A stretch of 30,054 nt of DNA from Silvanigrellaceae bacterium (GTDB taxonomy: Bacteria; Bdellovibrionota_B; Oligoflexia; Silvanigrellales; Silvanigrellaceae). Shown here piece after piece: positions 8,344 to 17,940 of the stretch (within the stretch, counting starts at the first letter, position 1; every line of letters starts with the position of its first letter). The stretch spans positions 1-30,054 of the forward strand of contig JBMSQQ010000042.1 of the NCBI GenBank assembly GCA_049423385.1. The letters are read 5' to 3'. The notes beneath the pieces were generated by a model. It saw only the letters and a program-made list of their open reading frames with translations, made no database searches and was not told where the DNA came from. The translations under genes and the position numbers were made by a program.

Positions 8344-9774
8344 GTGAGCAGCCAGGGTGGCGATACGTCACAAGCCTACACGGGCAAGATTCTCATCGTT
8401 GATGACGAGCGTGAAATTTGTGCCATGGTCGCCGACATCCTTCGTGACGAAGGTCACAAGGTCAGTCTTGCGCACGACGGGCAAAGCGCCCTCAAGCTCT
8501 TGAGCCGCGAGATGCCCGAAGTCTGCCTCCTTGATGTCTGGTTGCCGGATATCGACGGCCTTTCGGTTCTCGAAAAGATTCGTGCACAGGCAATCGACGT
8601 AAGCGTTGTCATGCTCTCTGGTCACGCAAATATCGAGACTGCCGTCAAGTCGACACGACTTGGCGCCGTTGATTTTCTTGAGAAGCCGTTGAGTCTCGAA
8701 AAGCTTCTGATGAGTGTTGAAAATGCGCTGCGTATCAGAAGCTTGCGAACCGAGAACGCAAATCTCCGGATGCGCATGGAGAAGCGATACAGGCTCATTG
8801 GTGAATCCAAATCGATGCTCCATGTTCGCGAGACCATCGATGTGGTGGCGGGAAAAAATTCGACGGTTCTCATCACCGGTGAAAATGGAACCGGAAAGGA
8901 AAATGTTGCCAGGCAGATTCATGAGTGCAGCCAGCGTTCCCGCAAGCCATTCGTGGCCATCAACTGTGCTGCAATTCCCGAAGAGTTGATTGAATCCGAA
9001 TTGTTCGGATTCGAGAAGGGTTCGTTCACCGGCGCGATGCAGAGCAAGCGCGGAAAGTTCGAGTTGGCAAATGGCGGCACGATTTTTCTCGACGAAATTG
9101 GTGACATGTCCCTCAAGGTTCAAAGCAAGGTGCTGCGTGTTCTACAGGATCAACGATTCGAGCGCCTGGGTGGTGATGAATCGATGGACGTGGACGTGAG
9201 GGTGATTGCAGCGACCAACAAAAACCTGGAGGAAGCCATCCGAAAGGGAGAATTTCGCGAGGACCTTTTTTATCGACTGAATGTTATTCCAATCCAACTT
9301 CCTCCGCTGCGCGAACGGGGTGATGATATCATTGCCCTTGCCCAATATTATCTTGCTTTATTCAGTGCAGAGGAGGGCGCAGCTTCAAAGCATTTCACGG
9401 TCGCTGCTGAGAAATGCCTGATGACATACAATTGGCCTGGCAACATCCGTGAACTCAAAAACATCATGGAGCGATTGAGCATCATGGTGCCCGGCAATGT
9501 GATTGACGAACAACATTTGCCGGAGGGCGTGACGGGCAGAAGAAATAGCGCCGCTGGGGAATTTTCATCCGTCTCGCGTATCGATGATTTTCGCTCTGCC
9601 CGGGCCGAATTCGAGAAACTTTTCATACTGCAAAAGCTAAAAGAATTCGATTTCAATATCTCAAGGACAGCCGAAAAAATTGGACTTGAACGGAGTCACC
9701 TTTATCGAAAGCTCAAGACTTACGGAATTGAATCCGTCGTCGACAAACGCTCCGAGAACGGTGAATTGCAATGA
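8344..9774 (+). CDS. ntrX: NtrX-like response regulator (REC, AAA+ sigma-54 interaction domain, Fis-type HTH)
   Basis: LLDVWLP and MLSGHANIETAV receiver motifs, Walker A GENGTGKE, ESELFGFEKGSFTGA, Walker B FLDEIGD, WPGNIREL, ERSHLYRKLK. GTG start after GGAGGAG. Confidence 0.88.
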   Translation: MSSQGGDTSQAYTGKILIVDDEREICAMVADILRDEGHKVSLAHDGQSALKLLSREMPEVCLLDVWLPDIDGLSVLEKIRAQAIDVSVVMLSGHANIETAVKSTRLGAVDFLEKPLSLEKLLMSVENALRIRSLRTENANLRMRMEKRYRLIGESKSMLHVRETIDVVAGKNSTVLITGENGTGKENVARQIHECSQRSRKPFVAINCAAIPEELIESELFGFEKGSFTGAMQSKRGKFELANGGTIFLDEIGDMSLKVQSKVLRVLQDQRFERLGGDESMDVDVRVIAATNKNLEEAIRKGEFREDLFYRLNVIPIQLPPLRERGDDIIALAQYYLALFSAEEGAASKHFTVAAEKCLMTYNWPGNIRELKNIMERLSIMVPGNVIDEQHLPEGVTGRRNSAAGEFSSVSRIDDFRSARAEFEKLFILQKLKEFDFNISRTAEKIGLERSHLYRKLKTYGIESVVDKRSENGELQ

Positions 9775-10868
9775 TTAAAAATGTACTGAAGTCATCAGCA
9801 CTTCTGGCATTGGGAGGAGGTTTCCTCTTTCTGATGCAGAAGCTCAATTTTCTGCGCCTTGCCGACATCGCCAGTGCCTTCCATGAACGTCCAGGTGTGA
9901 TTCTGGGATTGGCCTGTGTTCAGGCAATCGCGGCATTTGTCATGATGATTCGATACGGAACGCTGTTGGGCGTTCTGGGTCTCGCAGCGCCTTTCAAGCA
10001 AGTGAGTTCGGCCACCTTCGTGAGCACAGCGGTTGGGCAATGGGCACCGGGCTCTTTGGCCGTGGTGGAGCTTTTGCGCGTCGGTTTGATGATTGGCAGT
10101 CAGCCGGAAAACATTGCGACCGACAAAGTCCAGCAACAACATCAGGGCATCAAGGCTCGCATTGCCATCGCATCTTTTGTCGATCGCCTGATAGGCTTTC
10201 TTGGAATTCTTGTGCTCGGCTTTATCTGCTCCGTTTATCTCGTGTTTGGGTCAAGTCTGCCCTCGGATTTGTCCGGTTTTTTAACGGGTCCCGGCCTCTT
10301 GCTGTTGAGTTCGGGCATGGGAATGTGCGCCCTTGTTTCTCTGCCGTTGTTGGTTCGCCTCAAGTGGGTGCGTCATTTGGGAGCGATGGGGGTGCGGAAA
10401 CATGCCATGGGTGGCTCCAGGTCAGTCGTTGGCATTCTGGCCACGCTTTTGCGACATTTTGAAACAGTTCGCCACAATATCGAAGTGGGGAGCCGGAAAC
10501 CGCGGCGCCTGTTGGCGCCTGTTTGCTTGAGCATGTTGAGTTTGCTTCTCACCAGTTTTTCACTCTACCTGGCAGCGAATGCACTGGGAGAGTCTCTCGA
10601 TTTTATTCAAATTGTTTGCGCCTATCCGCTCATCTCGCTGTCGGCGATTCTGCCACTCGGTTTTGCTGGAATTGGTGGATATCAGTTGATTATGGCCTCA
10701 ATTTTCGGTCTGTTTGCGGTTTCACCAGCTGTCGTTGCGTCATCAGGAGTGCTCCAAAGTGCTGTTGTTCTTGTTGTAAATACTCTCATGGGCCTGCTTT
10801 ATGCACGCGTCTGTTCGGGGCAAATCAAGGCTATTTTCAGGCAACCCGCCTCGGGCCAATCGTTGTGA
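9771..10868 (+). CDS. Lysylphosphatidylglycerol-synthase TM-domain (UPF0104/flippase-like) membrane protein
   Basis: About 8 hydrophobic segments with family-like PG...VELLR, FVDRLIG and LPLGFAGIG motifs; ATGA overlap with ntrX. Confidence 0.7.
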   Translation: MIKNVLKSSALLALGGGFLFLMQKLNFLRLADIASAFHERPGVILGLACVQAIAAFVMMIRYGTLLGVLGLAAPFKQVSSATFVSTAVGQWAPGSLAVVELLRVGLMIGSQPENIATDKVQQQHQGIKARIAIASFVDRLIGFLGILVLGFICSVYLVFGSSLPSDLSGFLTGPGLLLLSSGMGMCALVSLPLLVRLKWVRHLGAMGVRKHAMGGSRSVVGILATLLRHFETVRHNIEVGSRKPRRLLAPVCLSMLSLLLTSFSLYLAANALGESLDFIQIVCAYPLISLSAILPLGFAGIGGYQLIMASIFGLFAVSPAVVASSGVLQSAVVLVVNTLMGLLYARVCSGQIKAIFRQPASGQSL

Positions 10869-10878
10869 ACAATGAAGC

Positions 10879-10907
10879 TTGAAGTCGCACAGTTGGTAGG
10901 CTATGAC
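10879..10907 (+). promoter_or_regulatory. Candidate sigma-70 promoter for rnpB
   Basis: TTGAAG-N17-TATGAC, or alternatively extended -10 TGG-TAGGCT (10894-10902), immediately before the P1 helix. Confidence 0.4.
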
Positions 10908-10914
10908 CGGCCCA

Positions 10915-11273
10915 GCGAGGAGAACCGGACTACAGCGCCGTCCCTGATTTTTCGGGGATGAGTGAGGAAAGTCCGGACTTCATAGAGCGGAGTGCTGGCT
11001 AACGGCCAGGCGGGGAAACCCGACGGAAAGTGCAACAGAAAATACAAAGCCCAAGGCGCAAGTCCGGCAATGGTGAAATCGTGAGGTAAGAGCTCACGGG
11101 CGTTCGTGGCGACACGGCGTTTGGCAAACCCCACTCGAAGCAAGACCAAATAGGGGCGAAGGATTGGCTCGGTCCGCTCGACGCCCGGGTTGGTTGCAAA
11201 GACTCCGTCGGCAACGGCGTGAGCAAGAGAAATTGTGGTCGTCGACAGAATCCGGCTTACAGGTTCTCCTCGC
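10915..11273 (+). ncRNA. rnpB: RNase P RNA, bacterial class A
   Basis: GAGGAAAGTCCGG, GGAAAGTGCAACAGAAA, GGCAAACCCC, AGCAAGACCAAATAG and ACAGAATCCGGCTTAC conserved regions; terminal P1 helix GCGAGGAGAACC / GGTTCTCCTCGC. Confidence 0.97.
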
Positions 11274-11315
11274 ATAAATTGGCTTTTTTAATCGTTCACC
11301 TGTGTGAGGTGTTTC

Positions 11316-12533
11316 ATGTTCAATTCTCGGACTGTTTTTCAGTCGCCCAATCCCGAAATCACTTATTTCACTTCTGAGAGCGTTTCCGAAGGTCATCCCG
11401 ACAAGGTCGCAGACCAGGTTTCGGATGCGATTCTCGATGAATTGTTGAAATACGATCCGCACGCACGAGTTGCCTGTGAAACACTCGTGAAGACAGGTCT
11501 GGTCGTTGTTGCTGGTGAGATCACCACAAATGATGAGTGCAAAATGAAGGCCCGCAAATATGCCGACATCGCGCGCGAGACGATCAAGGAAATCGGATAC
11601 GACGATCCCGAGAATGGTTTCGACTATCGCAGCTGCGGTGTCATTGTCGCAGTAGACGCTCAATCACATGACATTGCTGTCGGTGTGAATGAGGGTGAAG
11701 GCCTGCACAAGGAAATGGGCGCCGGCGACCAGGGAATGATGTTCGGCTATGCCATCAATGAAACACCCGAATACATGCCCGCGACTCTTCAGTATGCGCA
11801 GAACATCCTTCGCAACCTGGCGCACAAGCGCAAAGTCGAGAAGGTTCCCTTTCTGCGGCCGGATGCGAAATCGCAAGTTACCGTCGAGTATCACAACGGC
11901 GTTATCAAGCGTGTCGATACGGTTGTTGTCAGCACTATGCACACACCCGATGTGAGTCTCGAAAAGCTGCATCAATTTGTGGTTGAAGAAGTCATCAAGA
12001 AAACAATTCCAGCAAATCTTCTCGACTCCAAGACGCGCTACTTCATCAACCCAACGGGTCGATTTGTGACAGGTGGTCCGCAAGGTGACTGCGGTCTGAC
12101 AGGGCGCAAAATTATTGTCGACACCTATGGTGGCCACGGAGCACATGGCGGCGGTGCGTTCTCGGGCAAGGATCCCAGCAAGGTGGACCGTTCGGCTGCG
12201 TATCTCGGGCGTTATATTGCCAAGAATATCGTTGCTGCTGGTCTTTCTGACCGCGCTCTTGTGCAAATTGCTTATGCAATTGGCGTTGCTGAGCCTGTCA
12301 GTGTCAATGTTCAGACATTCGGAACCGAGAAGATCGCCCGTACAAAAATTGAAGCCGCGGTGCGTGAGACTTTCCGCATGAAGCCTGCAGATATCATCGC
12401 TCAATTCGACCTCAAGAATCCCGCCAAGAACGGATTCAGCTATCGTGAAACGGCGGCATATGGCCACTTTGGCCGTAACCAGTTTCCGTGGGAGAAGCTC
12501 GACAAGGTGGAGGCACTCAAGCAATATCTTTGA
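11316..12533 (+). CDS. metK: S-adenosylmethionine synthetase
   Basis: [64 protein letters not shown] before ATG 11316. Confidence 0.98.
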   Translation: MFNSRTVFQSPNPEITYFTSESVSEGHPDKVADQVSDAILDELLKYDPHARVACETLVKTGLVVVAGEITTNDECKMKARKYADIARETIKEIGYDDPENGFDYRSCGVIVAVDAQSHDIAVGVNEGEGLHKEMGAGDQGMMFGYAINETPEYMPATLQYAQNILRNLAHKRKVEKVPFLRPDAKSQVTVEYHNGVIKRVDTVVVSTMHTPDVSLEKLHQFVVEEVIKKTIPANLLDSKTRYFINPTGRFVTGGPQGDCGLTGRKIIVDTYGGHGAHGGGAFSGKDPSKVDRSAAYLGRYIAKNIVAAGLSDRALVQIAYAIGVAEPVSVNVQTFGTEKIARTKIEAAVRETFRMKPADIIAQFDLKNPAKNGFSYRETAAYGHFGRNQFPWEKLDKVEALKQYL

Positions 12534-12555
12534 TCTCTGCTGAGGAGATCAAAAT

Positions 12556-13392
12556 ATGAAGCTTCGCTTTGTCGTTCGTCATTTTGTTGTTTTTTCAGTT
12601 CTGGCAGCGTCGGCCTCCCCGGCGCTGCCAGTTTTTGCAGCGGATGCACCCGCGAGTGCTCCTGCTCAAGTTGCCAGTCCTGCCGCTTCTGCGGCCAGCT
12701 CTCCCCAAGCACTCGTGATTGAGACCAACATCAAGTCGCTGGATGCGGCTTGGAACGTGCGCCACGAAGTGCAAAGCAAAATCGTTGAATTTCTCAAAAA
12801 GAAGCCTGCATTGTCTGATGACTTTGAAGTGTCTTGGCGCATTGCCCGACTTTCCTACTACGGTGGTTTCTTCGCACTTCCCAAAGGAGCCACTTCCGAA
12901 GAGAAGATGGAGGTTTTCCAGGTGGGTGTGGATGCCGGTGATAAAGCCCGTCGTCTTTCTGCTTCGCGTGTCGAAGGCCATTATTGGTACGCTGTGACTC
13001 TGGGTGGTTGGGGAATCGCCAAGGGAATCCTCAATGCATTGACGTCTGCAAAGCCCATGCGCGAGGCATTGAACGAGGCTGTAAAGATCGATCCCAAGTA
13101 TCATTTTGCGGGCCCACTCAGGGTTCGTGGTCGACTTTACAACAAGCTGCCCGGCGTTATTTCTTTCGGAGACAACAAGCTGGCCATGGAAGACCTCAAG
13201 AGGGCCGTGGATCTGGCTCCCGAGAGCAAGCTCAACCACATCTATCTTTCAGAGGTTCAAAACAAGCTGATTGGCAAAGTCGAGGCTCTCAAGACACTCG
13301 ATTTTGCAAAGACGCTTCCTGATGTGGTTGGCGTCGCTGAAGAATCAGCGTATCGTAGGGATATCTCGGAATTGGAAAGCAAATTTCGCTAA
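12556..13392 (+). CDS. Exported TPR-like helical repeat protein
   Basis: Signal peptide, Ala/Pro/Ser linker, then WRIARLSYY, EGHYWYAVTLG, AVKIDPKY..AGPLRVRGRLY, AVDLAPE helical repeats; GAGGAG RBS. Confidence 0.7.
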   Translation: MKLRFVVRHFVVFSVLAASASPALPVFAADAPASAPAQVASPAASAASSPQALVIETNIKSLDAAWNVRHEVQSKIVEFLKKKPALSDDFEVSWRIARLSYYGGFFALPKGATSEEKMEVFQVGVDAGDKARRLSASRVEGHYWYAVTLGGWGIAKGILNALTSAKPMREALNEAVKIDPKYHFAGPLRVRGRLYNKLPGVISFGDNKLAMEDLKRAVDLAPESKLNHIYLSEVQNKLIGKVEALKTLDFAKTLPDVVGVAEESAYRRDISELESKFR

Positions 13393-13415
13393 TTATGAAA
13401 TCAATGGGGATGAAC

Positions 13416-14522
13416 ATGTCGAAGAGTAAAATTCTGATTGGCACCGCTTTTGTATTGGGTGGATTGCTTGGCCTCGTTCCGTTGTTCGTATTGGACAAAG
13501 AGCGCCTTGCTGGCCGCATGTCATTCTCAACTGCTTCCGTCGGTGAAGCTGTTGCAGCATCCACTGGCGGTGAGTCTTCAAGTTTGCTTGGAGCGATCGG
13601 CACAAATCAGGTCCAACGCACCCAATTGAACGGCAACGAAGCACAGAAGCTTTATGAAGCGGAAATGCAGGTCTACAACGCTGCCGAGCAAATTCTCATT
13701 CAGCGCTACATTGGCGATTACTTCGAGAAGATGAAAACCGAGCGCAAATTGGCATCATCGGAAGAAGCCCAAATGGCCTTCATGAACGAAAAGGTCAAGG
13801 TTGGCGATTCTGAAGTCCAAAAGTTCATGGACGAAAACAAGGACAATCCGGCATTGCAACGAATCCCGGAGGCGCAAAGAACCCAACAAGTTCGAGGATA
13901 TCTTGAGGGTCGTGCGCGCGAAGGCGCATTCCGTCAGTTGGTCGAACAGGCCCGCAGTTCGGGAGCGATCCGGGTTGCGCTACGTCGTCCCGTTGAACCC
14001 AAACTGGATGTCGATGATGGTGGAAATTATTTCCTGGGACCAAAAGATGCGAAGGTCACTATTGTTGAATTTGCAGATTACCAATGTCCATTTTGTGCAC
14101 GCATGGTCCCGACTTTGAAAGAGATCGTCGATCAATACAAAGGCAAGGTTCGTTGGGTTTATCGCGACTTCCCATTGCGCGAAATCCATCCGGAAGCGTT
14201 GCCAGCAGCTGTGGCCGCAAACTGCGCTGGTGCACAAGGCAAGTACTTTGAAATGCATCAAGGGCTGTTCGACAATTATTCCAAACTTGGATTGGGCCTT
14301 TACAAGGAACTCGCTGGCAAGATGTCCCTGGACGTGGCCAAATTCGAGGAGTGCCTGAAAGATCCCAAGATGGAAGCGGAAGTTCTCAAGGATTCGACCG
14401 AAGGCCAGAATCTTGGAATCAACGGCACACCAGCGTACTTCGTGAATGGGCGCAAGCTCGGCGGTGCAGTCGACAAAGCGGAGTTCATGAGGCTGATCGA
14501 CAACGAGCTTGCCAAAAAGTGA
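13416..14522 (+). CDS. Membrane-anchored DsbA-family (thioredoxin fold) protein with N-terminal helical region
   Basis: GPKDAKVTIVEFADYQCPFC, YRDFPL..IHPEA, GINGTPAYFVNG. Start could be 13395-13416. Confidence 0.9.
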   Translation: MSKSKILIGTAFVLGGLLGLVPLFVLDKERLAGRMSFSTASVGEAVAASTGGESSSLLGAIGTNQVQRTQLNGNEAQKLYEAEMQVYNAAEQILIQRYIGDYFEKMKTERKLASSEEAQMAFMNEKVKVGDSEVQKFMDENKDNPALQRIPEAQRTQQVRGYLEGRAREGAFRQLVEQARSSGAIRVALRRPVEPKLDVDDGGNYFLGPKDAKVTIVEFADYQCPFCARMVPTLKEIVDQYKGKVRWVYRDFPLREIHPEALPAAVAANCAGAQGKYFEMHQGLFDNYSKLGLGLYKELAGKMSLDVAKFEECLKDPKMEAEVLKDSTEGQNLGINGTPAYFVNGRKLGGAVDKAEFMRLIDNELAKK

Positions 14523-14552
14523 GTGCCGTTTCGGGCCAGCGGGAGAGTCTTA

Positions 14553-15038
14553 ATGTTTGGAATCGGTGGCGGTGAAATAGTTGTCGTTGCCCTGGTTGCC
14601 CTGATTCTTTTTGGCAACGAGGATTTGCCAAAAAACATGAAGAAGCTCGTCGAAGGTTGGAACAAGTTCCGAGGTGTTTCCAACGACCTGCAGCGTTCGT
14701 GGCTCAATGTTCGTGATCAAGTGACGCGCGATTTGCTGAGCGATGAACATCCCCGACCACCCGAGAATGATCCCAACGCAATATCCGAGCAGAAAGATTC
14801 TTCCGACACATCGGCTGTTGTCTCGGGAGTGGGAGAGATCCCTCCTCCAGAGGGATTGCATGATGGCGCGTTGGGAGCATCGGCTGTTGTCATTCAGCCC
14901 GCAGAGGGCGCCGTAGCCCAGGGTGAGCCGGTGGAAGTTTCGGGATCAACAGAAAAAGTCGAAAGTGTGGAAACAGTTGCCGTTCAAAGCGAGGAGGCTC
15001 AAACTACTTCGCTTCCTGATTCCGATAAATCCACTTGA
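14553..15038 (+). CDS. tatB: Twin-arginine translocase TatA/TatB-family subunit (TatB-like)
   Basis: MFGIGGGEIVVVALVALILFG.EDLP followed by an amphipathic helix and a long acidic tail. Confidence 0.75.
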   Translation: MFGIGGGEIVVVALVALILFGNEDLPKNMKKLVEGWNKFRGVSNDLQRSWLNVRDQVTRDLLSDEHPRPPENDPNAISEQKDSSDTSAVVSGVGEIPPPEGLHDGALGASAVVIQPAEGAVAQGEPVEVSGSTEKVESVETVAVQSEEAQTTSLPDSDKST

Positions 15039-17571
15039 TGTTGTAATAATTTCTCAGCACCCGCTGGACGTACGTTTTCGTCTCTGCGTACGGAATGAAT
15101 TCAATGAAAAAGGGCATGTCCATCAGTTTTTGCCGTCGGCTCACCCAGGTGTCGACAGCTGCCTCGCCTGCGTTGTAGGCGGCAATGGCAAACGTGAGAT
15201 TGTTGTTGTAGCGCTTCAGGAGTTGCTTAAGGTAACAAGCACCTGCGAGCGTGTTCACTTCCGGAGCGGTCAAGTCAATTTTCTTGGGATTGGAGTATTC
15301 TGGCAACTCCTTGAGAACCCTGGATGCAGTGCTTGGCAGGAGCTGCATCAATCCAACAGCACCCACGGGGCTTTTGACCGATGCCTGATACAAGCTCTCC
15401 TGGCGCGAAACGGCATACAAAAGATCAACGTCCACCGAGCATCGCTGAGCGGCTGCTTCAAAGGAAGCTTGGAAAGGTCGTGGGTAGAAAATGAAATACA
15501 GGAACGGCAAATAGTCGGTATCCCAGCCCAAGGCTTCGCGAAGTCTTCCCACAAAAAGGATGGCGTTCGAGTGGTCGCCAAGCATGTGGGTGAGCCACGC
15601 AATTTGGTGTGCACGCGGCAAAACTTCCGAATGCAGTGAGTTCAGTCGCTGGAACGACTGTCGAAGCTGCTGGCTTTCGGCCCTCAGAAGACCCGGCAGC
15701 AGTTCATCACTCTCCCGCAAAAATTGCGAGAACTCATCAACAGAAACCTCGAGCAGACTCGCCTTGAGCAAAGACAGGTAAAGGATCGACGATTCAAGTG
15801 AAACGTCGAACTGGAGTTGGGAAACTTTTGAACTGCGATTGCTTTCGTCTTCCTTGGTCGTTGCCAAGGCACGCGGAGGAACCGAAGAGACGATGCGCAA
15901 TTGTTTTCGATGATCCAATTCCAACCAATCAGTCAATTCATTGCGCCAGTCAAAATAGAAGGCCTGCTTCGACTGGGTGGAGGCTTTTCCAGATTCCCTG
16001 CCGAGAATTTGTCCAGAGAAGATGTCGTAGATGCCAAGAGGATCAGTCATGCCAGCAGAAAGGAAGGCATTTTCGCCATCCACAGATTTTTGAGAAGCTT
16101 TCAGTGATCTGCCCATCCAGTAAAACGCCATCGCGCGAGTGGATGAGTCGCTTGTCAGCTGAATCACGCGCTCAAAAGATTCCCTTGATGCTTGAAAATT
16201 CCCGTCGAGAAATTGAAGCAGGCCACTGCGGGATTGAATCCAAACCTGAAATTCCTCGCTCTCTGGATTCGGATACATTTTTTCAAGTGCCGAGATGAAA
16301 CTCAACGACTCCGTTGGTTGGAGCATTTCAAAGCCGACGCGTCCAATGAGCACATGAACAGCATCCACGAAATGTTCCCAAGATTGTGAGGATGCAGCAT
16401 CGGTGACGACACGCCTTGCCGATGAAAATGCGTCGGCATTTTTGTTTTGTTCCCATTGTAGCCGGGCCAACCAAAGCCGTGCGTCGAGTTTGAATGACTC
16501 AAACTGTTCCTTTTCGAAGGCGAATTGTTCTGCAGTGCAGTGACTCTGATCGAGTTCGCGAACAAAGTTGTCCTGCAGGACTGCGAATTGTTTTCTGTCT
16601 TGCGCAATGCGCGTGGCTTGAGCCAAAGCGTATTGGGCAAACAATGAATCCGATCGGCATTCGCCCGGCTTGCTGGAAGGTGGCAGACCTTGGAGACCTC
16701 CACTGAGGATTTTTTTCGCAAAGCTTGAGGCAAGATTCCACTGTCGACTCTCAACAAGCGACCGCAGTCGCAAAATTCTCTGCTGCGGTGTGTCGAGTGA
16801 CTTGAGGTCAATCTCCTCGCCCTTGTCTTTTTTTTGTCTCGTCGAGTTGGCAAAAAGGTTCTTCAACCACCGGGGCTGCTGTAGACCCTCGGCTTTGAAA
16901 TAGGTCTCGCCGAGCAGGCGCTGACGGTATCCGGCGGCCGAAAAAAGGCCAGGTTCTTCCTGTGCCAGGATTTGCCATCCATGCAGTTTGCAGGCTGCAG
17001 CACATTGCAAACCCTGAAGCGCATTGAATTCAGTTGTCGGCGTGCGGGCTTGACTCTGGACAGCGTCACCGTTGGCATCTGCTGGTTGAGTCATCACATC
17101 CGACATTGCCAGATAGCGGAGTGCCGCAACGTAAATGTTTGTGCCAAGGTGTTCGGTGGACAAGACCAGTTTGGCCAATTCGCGCGCCTGGTGCGGTCGC
17201 ATTTCTCGAATTTCCCTCTGTGCGACCAACAGAGCACGAAGCGCAATGAGTGATTTCAAGTCCTGCGGAGTGGGTTCGCGACCCGTCATCCGTGTCAATG
17301 TTTCGCCCAGTTTGGAACTCAGAAATTTTTCGCCGCTGTTGGCAGATTCGGGCAGTGTCTGAATCAGCGAATCAGCAAGCTGATTGAGAAATTTGGATTT
17401 GGGAAATGGTTTCTCAGCGGAAGATGCGGACGCGAGGTTCGTTTCAGATGTCAGCGTTCCACTGGAGTGGATACAACCCGATGTCAAGACGAGCCCCAAC
17501 AGCATATTGTGAATCATGCCGTGGAGCGGGATGTTTAAAAACCAGTGTGCCTTGATGGGATAATCGGGCAT
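15004..17571 (-). CDS. Slt70-like lytic transglycosylase (helical repeats plus C-terminal SLT domain), probable lipoprotein
   Basis: AVSRQES (catalytic Glu), SPVGAVGLMQL, AAYNAG, FIEFIPYAETKTYVQRV; lipobox-like LTSGC. Start uncertain. Confidence 0.9.
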   Translation of the reverse strand: MPDYPIKAHWFLNIPLHGMIHNMLLGLVLTSGCIHSSGTLTSETNLASASSAEKPFPKSKFLNQLADSLIQTLPESANSGEKFLSSKLGETLTRMTGREPTPQDLKSLIALRALLVAQREIREMRPHQARELAKLVLSTEHLGTNIYVAALRYLAMSDVMTQPADANGDAVQSQARTPTTEFNALQGLQCAAACKLHGWQILAQEEPGLFSAAGYRQRLLGETYFKAEGLQQPRWLKNLFANSTRQKKDKGEEIDLKSLDTPQQRILRLRSLVESRQWNLASSFAKKILSGGLQGLPPSSKPGECRSDSLFAQYALAQATRIAQDRKQFAVLQDNFVRELDQSHCTAEQFAFEKEQFESFKLDARLWLARLQWEQNKNADAFSSARRVVTDAASSQSWEHFVDAVHVLIGRVGFEMLQPTESLSFISALEKMYPNPESEEFQVWIQSRSGLLQFLDGNFQASRESFERVIQLTSDSSTRAMAFYWMGRSLKASQKSVDGENAFLSAGMTDPLGIYDIFSGQILGRESGKASTQSKQAFYFDWRNELTDWLELDHRKQLRIVSSVPPRALATTKEDESNRSSKVSQLQFDVSLESSILYLSLLKASLLEVSVDEFSQFLRESDELLPGLLRAESQQLRQSFQRLNSLHSEVLPRAHQIAWLTHMLGDHSNAILFVGRLREALGWDTDYLPFLYFIFYPRPFQASFEAAAQRCSVDVDLLYAVSRQESLYQASVKSPVGAVGLMQLLPSTASRVLKELPEYSNPKKIDLTAPEVNTLAGACYLKQLLKRYNNNLTFAIAAYNAGEAAVDTWVSRRQKLMDMPFFIEFIPYAETKTYVQRVLRNYYNIKWIYRNQEAK

Positions 17572-17577
17572 CTCGGT

Positions 17578-17880
17578 TTAGGCCTTGGCGGCTCCTGCCT
17601 TGTTTAGAATTTGATCGACGAAGCTTTCCACTTTGCCGACGAAGGGCTTGTGGAACAAAGCGACGTCGCGTTTTGTTTCGATGAATTTGGTGTCCGCGCC
17701 TTGGCTTTGCAGGGCGATCTTGAATTCACTCTTGCCACCCTTGTCAATGCGCACCAGCATCGTGTTTTGCTCCCACGAAACGCTTGCAAACGAGGGAACT
17801 CCAATTGCTTGAAGTTCTTTTTGGAGAAGGGATTTTGCTTCATCTGCAGAAACGTTTCGGAATGTCCAGCTCATTGTCAT
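17578..17880 (-). CDS. Small hypothetical protein, possibly of the PHA-granule-region (polyhydroxyalkanoic acid system) family
   Basis: GAGG RBS; EA..LL helix, SWEQNTM strand, and C-terminal KPFVGKVESFVDQIL helix resemble that family by eye. Confidence 0.55.
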   Translation of the reverse strand: MTMSWTFRNVSADEAKSLLQKELQAIGVPSFASVSWEQNTMLVRIDKGGKSEFKIALQSQGADTKFIETKRDVALFHKPFVGKVESFVDQILNKAGAAKA

Positions 17881-17908
17881 GGGTGAATCCTCTCATGATT
17901 TCCGGAGG

Positions 17909-17937
17909 AGTCTACCAGTTTGAGGTGTCACCCGCAA
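17909..17937 (-). promoter_or_regulatory. Candidate sigma-70 promoter
   Basis: TTGCGG-N17-TAGACT with extended -10 TG on the minus strand, upstream of the 17880 gene and the transglycosylase. Confidence 0.55.
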
Positions 17938-17940
17938 AAA

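Noticed and set aside
10901..11275. 124-aa and 75-aa minus-strand ORFs
   Set aside because: Antisense to RNase P RNA.
11274..11315. SAM riboswitch ahead of metK
   Set aside because: Only 42 nt are available; the structured RNA upstream is rnpB.
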